Made by a program: the position numbers and the translations under genes. From Candidatus Omnitrophota bacterium (GTDB lineage: Bacteria > Omnitrophota > Gorgyraeia > Duberdicusellales > Duberdicusellaceae), in the NCBI GenBank assembly GCA_021163425.1, contig JAGGWS010000057.1, positions 1-54,763 on the forward strand: a stretch of DNA of 54,763 nucleotides. The letters are read 5' to 3'. The first letter of the stretch is position 1; every line of letters begins with the position of its first letter. Of the stretch, positions 50,321 through 54,763 are shown one piece after another. The notes below the pieces were generated by a model that did no database searches, was not told where the DNA came from, and saw nothing but the letters and a program-made list of their open reading frames with translations.

Positions 50321-51058
50321 ATGGCTATTATAAAAGATAGAGGATTTATATTAAGGACTTTTGATTTTAGAGAAACTAGTAAGATTGCTCATATTTTTAC
50401 TAAGAAATCGGGGAAAGTACACGGTTTGTTAAAGGGTTTTAGAAAGGGAAAAAAAGAGTTTACCACATCTTTAGATTTATTTTCCTTAAATGAATTTATT
50501 TTCTATCAATCAAGAAATCCTCTCTGGCTTGTTTCTTCTGCTGATATGATTTATAACTTTCCTTACTTAAGAGAAAATTTAGAAAAGAACTTGATAGCTA
50601 ACTATATTGTAGAGTTTATAGATAAGATCAGTCCTTTGAATTTTCCTTCTTCGGAAATATACTCTCTTATAAAAGAAAGCCTCCTTTTTCTTAGAGAAAA
50701 TCACTCTCGAAAGATTCTCTATATTTTTCAAATAAAGGCTCTTCAATTTTCGGGGTTTAAACCCTCGCTTATTTTTTGTATAAAGTGTAATAGAGAAATT
50801 ATTAATAAAGGTTATTTTAGTGTAAAATTAGGAGGCCTACTTTGTCCAGAATGTTTAAAGTATGATAAATTTTCTAAAGGTATTTCTGAAGAATTAATCT
50901 TAAGCCTAAAATACATCCAGAAAAATGACTTTAAAAAGGCTTTAAGGATAGGGCTAAAAGGAAACAGGGAGACTGAATTAATTGAAATTTTGGAAGAGTT
51001 TATCTCCTATCACTTAGATACTAAGATAAAAAGTTTATATAGTTTAAAGAACTTTTAG
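50321..51058 (+). CDS. recO: DNA repair protein RecO
   Basis: GFILRTFDFRETSKIAHIFT..GK, GFKPSL..CIKC, GGLLCPEC. Confidence 0.92.
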   Translation: MAIIKDRGFILRTFDFRETSKIAHIFTKKSGKVHGLLKGFRKGKKEFTTSLDLFSLNEFIFYQSRNPLWLVSSADMIYNFPYLRENLEKNLIANYIVEFIDKISPLNFPSSEIYSLIKESLLFLRENHSRKILYIFQIKALQFSGFKPSLIFCIKCNREIINKGYFSVKLGGLLCPECLKYDKFSKGISEELILSLKYIQKNDFKKALRIGLKGNRETELIEILEEFISYHLDTKIKSLYSLKNF

Positions 51059-51270
51059 ATTTTTTGTAAAATGGAAAATAAATAGGATAGACATTTCTAG
51101 AAGATCCCAATAAAGGAGATTAAATACAGAAGTTGATTTCTGGAGTTTTCCGAAGAATAAGCCCTATTTTTTACACCTCTATAATAAATTGGGTTTGGTA
51201 AGACGGTTTGAATATTCCTGTAGAGCAGCTCATAGGGATTACTCTTGCAGAGTAGTTCATAGTTGATAGT

Positions 51271-51318
51271 AATACTTCTGCAACATTTTAGTTTGAAACT
51301 GAAATGTTGCATAGGATT
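51271..51318. repeat. Full palindrome B (REP-like)
   Basis: TGCAACATTT-T-AGTTT-G-AAACT-G-AAATGTTGCA, centred on G51295. Confidence 0.88.
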
Positions 51319-51385
51319 AGGAATTTTAGCCAGAGAGAAGGAACAAACCTTTAATAAATAAACCTTTAACCTAGAAATCAAATGT

Positions 51386-51421
51386 TAACAATTTTAATTG
51401 CTATCGCAATAAATTTTGTTA
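51386..51421. repeat. Imperfect palindrome C
   Basis: TAACAATTTTAATTGC-TATC-GCAATAAATTTTGTTA; arms are 13/16 complementary. Confidence 0.65.
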
Positions 51422-51431
51422 TATTTTTCCC

Positions 51432-51456
51432 ACTTTGAAAGTAAAATGTCAAGTTA
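51432..51456. repeat. Right half of palindrome A
   Basis: ACTTTGAAAGTAAAATGTCAAGTTA is identical (25/25) to 5029-5053. Confidence 0.9.
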
Positions 51457-51656
51457 CGAAACCCAGAGGTGAGACCCAAACCTGGCCGGAATCGATAGGC
51501 GATAAACTATTTTACGAACGGGCATATTCGTAGAGATTCGTAAATTTGTAGATGGTTTATACCCCAGATACTTTGAGGAAATAGGAGAATTCCAGATGAA
51601 ATATAAAAATAAAATAATATTGTAAACTCTACAGTTTTGTGGTAAATATATACAAT

Positions 51657-51911
51657 ATGAGTGCAAAATTTTCAATTAAAAGGATTTATAAAATAGGAGA
51701 ATTGCTGGCTTTAGCCGGAGAAGTAAAGAACGGAGTAATTAAAGAAGGCGATGTTGGCACTACTTGGGAAAATAGAAAGTTTACTATAGTAAAAATTGAG
51801 ACTAAAGATGGAAGTGTGCCTACTGCTCATAGGTTTCAAGAAGTGACCCTTATTATTAAGGGTATTCAGCACAAAGACTTAGCCCCTGGAGATCCATTAT
51901 ATATTGAATAA
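51657..51911 (+). CDS. Small stand-alone EF-Tu domain II-like beta-barrel protein (84 aa)
   Basis: FSIKRIYKIG..LAGEVKNGVIKEGD..IVKIE..EVTLIIKGIQHKDLAPGD aligns by eye with EF-Tu domain II in this window; ATG 51657 preferred over GTG 51639. Confidence 0.7.
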   Translation: MSAKFSIKRIYKIGELLALAGEVKNGVIKEGDVGTTWENRKFTIVKIETKDGSVPTAHRFQEVTLIIKGIQHKDLAPGDPLYIE

Positions 51912-51981
51912 TTATTAAAGGAAGAGATACCTATTACCTGCTTTCCTAATTTATTTACTTAAGTTTAAGAAAGGAGTAAAG

Positions 51982-52980
51982 ATGAAGAAAGAAGCAGAAG
52001 AAAGAAAAAAAGCTTTAGAGCTGGCTTTATCTCAAATAGAAAAGCAGTTTGGGAGAGGCTCAATTATGAAATTAGGAGGTTCTGTAAAGTTAGATGTAGA
52101 GGCTCTTCCTACGGGAATTCTTACTTTAGACAGAGCTTTAGGAGTTGGGGGCCTGCCCCGGGGGAGAGTGGTTGAGCTTTTTGGTCCAGAATCTTCAGGA
52201 AAAACTACCTTAGCTTTAAGTATAATAGCCGAAACTCAAAAGAAAGGAGGCATAGCTTCCTTTATTGATGCTGAACATGCTTTTGACCCAGCTTATGCTA
52301 AGATTATTGGAGTAAATTTAAACGACCTTCTAATTTCTCAGCCTGATACTGGAGAGCAAGCCTTAGAGATAACCGAGACTTTAGTCCGGTCTAATGCAGT
52401 AGACTTAATAGTTATTGATTCAGTAGCAGCTTTAGTCCCCCGGGCAGAGATAGAAGGAGATATGGGCGAGGCTCAGATAGGATTGCAAGCCCGGCTTATG
52501 TCTCAGGCTTTAAGAAAACTTACCGGAGCAATAAGTAAGTCTAAGACTGCAGTTATATTTATAAATCAGATAAGAGAAAAAATAGGAGTAATGTTTGGAA
52601 ACCCCGAAGTTACTCCTGGAGGGAGAGCTCTTAAATTCTATGCTTCAGTAAGGATAGATTTAAGAAAAATAGGAAGTATTATTTCTCAGGACAAAATTAT
52701 TGGAGCAAAAATTAGAGCAAAGATAGTAAAGAACAAGGTAGCTCCTCCTTTTAAAGAAGCTATTTTTGAAATTACTCATACTGAAGGGGTTTCTAAAATT
52801 GGTAATATAATAGATTGCGCTATAGATTTAGGGATAATTACTAAAAGTGGAAGCTGGTTTTCTTATCAGGATAAAAAATTAGCTCAGGGGAAAGAATCTA
52901 CTAAAAGTCGTTTAATCCAGGAGCCTAAACTTTTAGAAGAAATTTCTAAAAAAGTAGAAGAGAAGATACATTCTTCTTAA
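51982..52980 (+). CDS. recA: Recombinase A
   Basis: [46 protein letters not shown]. Confidence 0.99.
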   Translation: MKKEAEERKKALELALSQIEKQFGRGSIMKLGGSVKLDVEALPTGILTLDRALGVGGLPRGRVVELFGPESSGKTTLALSIIAETQKKGGIASFIDAEHAFDPAYAKIIGVNLNDLLISQPDTGEQALEITETLVRSNAVDLIVIDSVAALVPRAEIEGDMGEAQIGLQARLMSQALRKLTGAISKSKTAVIFINQIREKIGVMFGNPEVTPGGRALKFYASVRIDLRKIGSIISQDKIIGAKIRAKIVKNKVAPPFKEAIFEITHTEGVSKIGNIIDCAIDLGIITKSGSWFSYQDKKLAQGKESTKSRLIQEPKLLEEISKKVEEKIHSS

Positions 52981-52996
52981 AGTTGAAAAAGGAGAA

Positions 52997-54415
52997 GTGA
53001 TGAAAAGGGTATTATTTTTAATTTTAACTATATTTTTAGTAGGGAGCTGCCCGCTATTAACCTGGGCTGAAAATATTCCTCTTCTTTCTTCAGAAGCTCA
53101 AACTATTAAGGTGGCTGAAAAAACAGGAAGAGCTGTAGTTACTATTAAGACTGAAGTTAGAGAAAGGGTAGGAGTTTATTTTCCTTTTGATGGATTTGGA
53201 GATGAATTTTTTAGAAGATTTTTTGAAGAGTTTTTTGGAGAGATTCCTGAAAGAGAGTTTAAAAGAATGGGTTTAGGCAGTGGAGTAATAATTGACAGAG
53301 AAGGTTATATTTTAACCAATGAGCATGTAGTGGATTCAGCAGACACTATAAGAGTGAGACTTTCTGATGGGAGAGAGTTTAAAGCTAAAATAATGGGTAG
53401 AGACGAACGTTCAGATTTAGCAGTGATAAAGATAGAGGCTCATAACCTTCCTGTGGCTAAATTAGGAGACTCTGACCAATTGAAGATTGGTCAGTGGGTT
53501 CTGGCAATTGGTAATCCTTTTGGTTTTGTAATTGAAGGAAGCCAACCCACTGTAACCTTAGGAGTAATAAGTGCTCTTCACCGGGATATACCTTCTTTGG
53601 GTTATAGAAACAGGAGTTATTCTGATTTAATTCAGACTGATGCTGCCATTAATCCAGGAAATTCTGGTGGCCCTCTGGTAGATATGGAGGGAAGAGTTAT
53701 TGGGATAAATGTGGCTATAATCTCTACTTCCGGCGGTTATCAGGGGTTAGGTTTTGCTATTCCTATAAATAAAGCAAAAAGAATTCTTAACAAGCTCATA
53801 AAGGGAGAGAGAATAACTTATGGATGGTTGGGAGTAGCTATTCAAAATTTAAACCAGGATTTAAGGAATTATTTTGGCTTAAGAGAAGCAAAAGGGGTGA
53901 TAATAATTAGAATTTTCCCTGACTCTCCAGCTGAAAAAGCAGGTTTAAGGGAAGGAGATTTAATCTTGGCAGTAGATGGAGAAAAAGTTAGAACATCTTC
54001 AGATTTAGTGAGGTTAGTGAGCGAGAAGGCACCAGGCAGTAAGGTAGATCTTAGAATATTGAGGAAAAATAAGTATTTAAATGTAAAAGTAATTTTGGGA
54101 GAAAGACCCCAGGAGGAAAGTCTAGTTCAAGAGAAAGTCTTTAGATTTAGAGGTATGGAGGTAGAAGATATCACTCCTTCTTTAAGAAGAGAATATAATT
54201 TGTATTCTGAAGAAGGCGTAGTAGTAACTTATGTAGAACCAGATTCTCCTGCTGATAGAGCAGGAATTTTACCTTCTGATGTAATAATAAGTATAGAAGG
54301 AGAAAGAATCAGGAATAAGAAAGACTTTTTACAGATAGTGCAAAATATAGAAGGAGATTGTTTAGTAAAGACTAATAGAGGTTTCTTTGTAATTAGAGAA
54401 GAAAGTGGGAGATGA
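52997..54415 (+). CDS. degP: DegP/HtrA (Do family) periplasmic serine protease with two PDZ domains
   Basis: Signal peptide, GSGVII, TNEHVV, DLAVIK, QTDAAINPGNSGGPL, two PDZ domains. Confidence 0.93.
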   Translation: MMKRVLFLILTIFLVGSCPLLTWAENIPLLSSEAQTIKVAEKTGRAVVTIKTEVRERVGVYFPFDGFGDEFFRRFFEEFFGEIPEREFKRMGLGSGVIIDREGYILTNEHVVDSADTIRVRLSDGREFKAKIMGRDERSDLAVIKIEAHNLPVAKLGDSDQLKIGQWVLAIGNPFGFVIEGSQPTVTLGVISALHRDIPSLGYRNRSYSDLIQTDAAINPGNSGGPLVDMEGRVIGINVAIISTSGGYQGLGFAIPINKAKRILNKLIKGERITYGWLGVAIQNLNQDLRNYFGLREAKGVIIIRIFPDSPAEKAGLREGDLILAVDGEKVRTSSDLVRLVSEKAPGSKVDLRILRKNKYLNVKVILGERPQEESLVQEKVFRFRGMEVEDITPSLRREYNLYSEEGVVVTYVEPDSPADRAGILPSDVIISIEGERIRNKKDFLQIVQNIEGDCLVKTNRGFFVIREESGR

Positions 54416-54763
54416 GCTAAAAAAAGCTAAAAATTTAGCCTTTAGACTCCTTAAATATAGAGATCGCTCAGAAAAGGAAATTGTTAACAGATTAAAGAAG
54501 AAGAAAGTATCCAGGGAAGTAATAGAGAAGGTAATAGCGGAACTGAAAAGTTTGTCCTTGTTAGATGATAGAAAGTTTGCTAAAAGTTGGATTCAGGAAA
54601 GAATAAGGAAAGGCTATGGTTTATTAAAAATAAAGGTTGAACTAAAAGAAAAAGGAATAGACCAAGATTTATTAGAAGATTTATTGGAAGATATCAATAA
54701 GGACGAATGGGTCCTTCCTCAGATAAAAGAGTTAGCCCAAAAAAGAATAAAGAAGTATAATAA
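54405..54763 (+). CDS. recX: RecX regulatory protein, 3'-truncated by the window edge
   Basis: Manual translation from GTG 54405: ..AFRLLKYRDRSEKEIVNRLKKK..LLDDRKFAKSWI..GYGLLKIKVELKEKGI; open to the window end. Confidence 0.9.
   Translation, partial: MGDELKKAKNLAFRLLKYRDRSEKEIVNRLKKKKVSREVIEKVIAELKSLSLLDDRKFAKSWIQERIRKGYGLLKIKVELKEKGIDQDLLEDLLEDINKDEWVLPQIKELAQKRIKKYN

Noticed and set aside
51097-51381. 94-aa minus-strand ORF
   Set aside because: It reads through palindrome B and the direct repeat with no RBS or recognisable domain; a pseudogene remnant cannot be fully excluded
51454-51675. 73-aa minus-strand ORF
   Set aside because: It overlaps the structured segment and the start of the better-supported + strand gene
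51912-51981. LexA/SOS box upstream of recA
   Set aside because: No CTGT-N8-ACAG, GAAC-N4-GTTC or TGTTC-N4-GAACA match was seen

Overview
AT-rich bacterial chromosomal window. Every credible gene but one lies on the + strand. The core is the transcription/translation supercluster: tRNA-Thr, rpmG, tRNA-Trp, secE-nusG-rplKAJL-rpoBC, then the str, S10, spc and alpha operons, with uL30 (rpmD) missing. To its left lie PilZ, GroES-like and CNNM genes, a protein-only RNase P (HARP/Aq_880 family), rplM-rpsI, argCJB, rsmE and mtaB. To its right lie a LeuC-like/PilT/LeuD-like/IDH/MDH cluster, a response regulator-HD-GYP-glycolipid cluster, pcm, recO, a stand-alone EF-Tu-domain-II-like mini-protein, recA, degP and a partial recX. 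RpoB and RpoC insertions point to a Gracilicutes-type lineage, possibly PVC-related such as Ca. Omnitrophota (inference only). The most notable signals are: (1) HARP; (2) a PilT ATPase wedged between the two subunits of a probable IPMI-type aconitase in a TCA-like operon; (3) a family of modular palindromic intergenic elements shared by three loci, one carrying a 10x 8-bp ACGT tandem array; (4) the free EF-Tu domain II protein; (5) a recurrent TAA-N-ATG gene junction. No CRISPR array, transposase, integrase or rRNA was seen. All calls come from motif recognition by eye; no searches were run.
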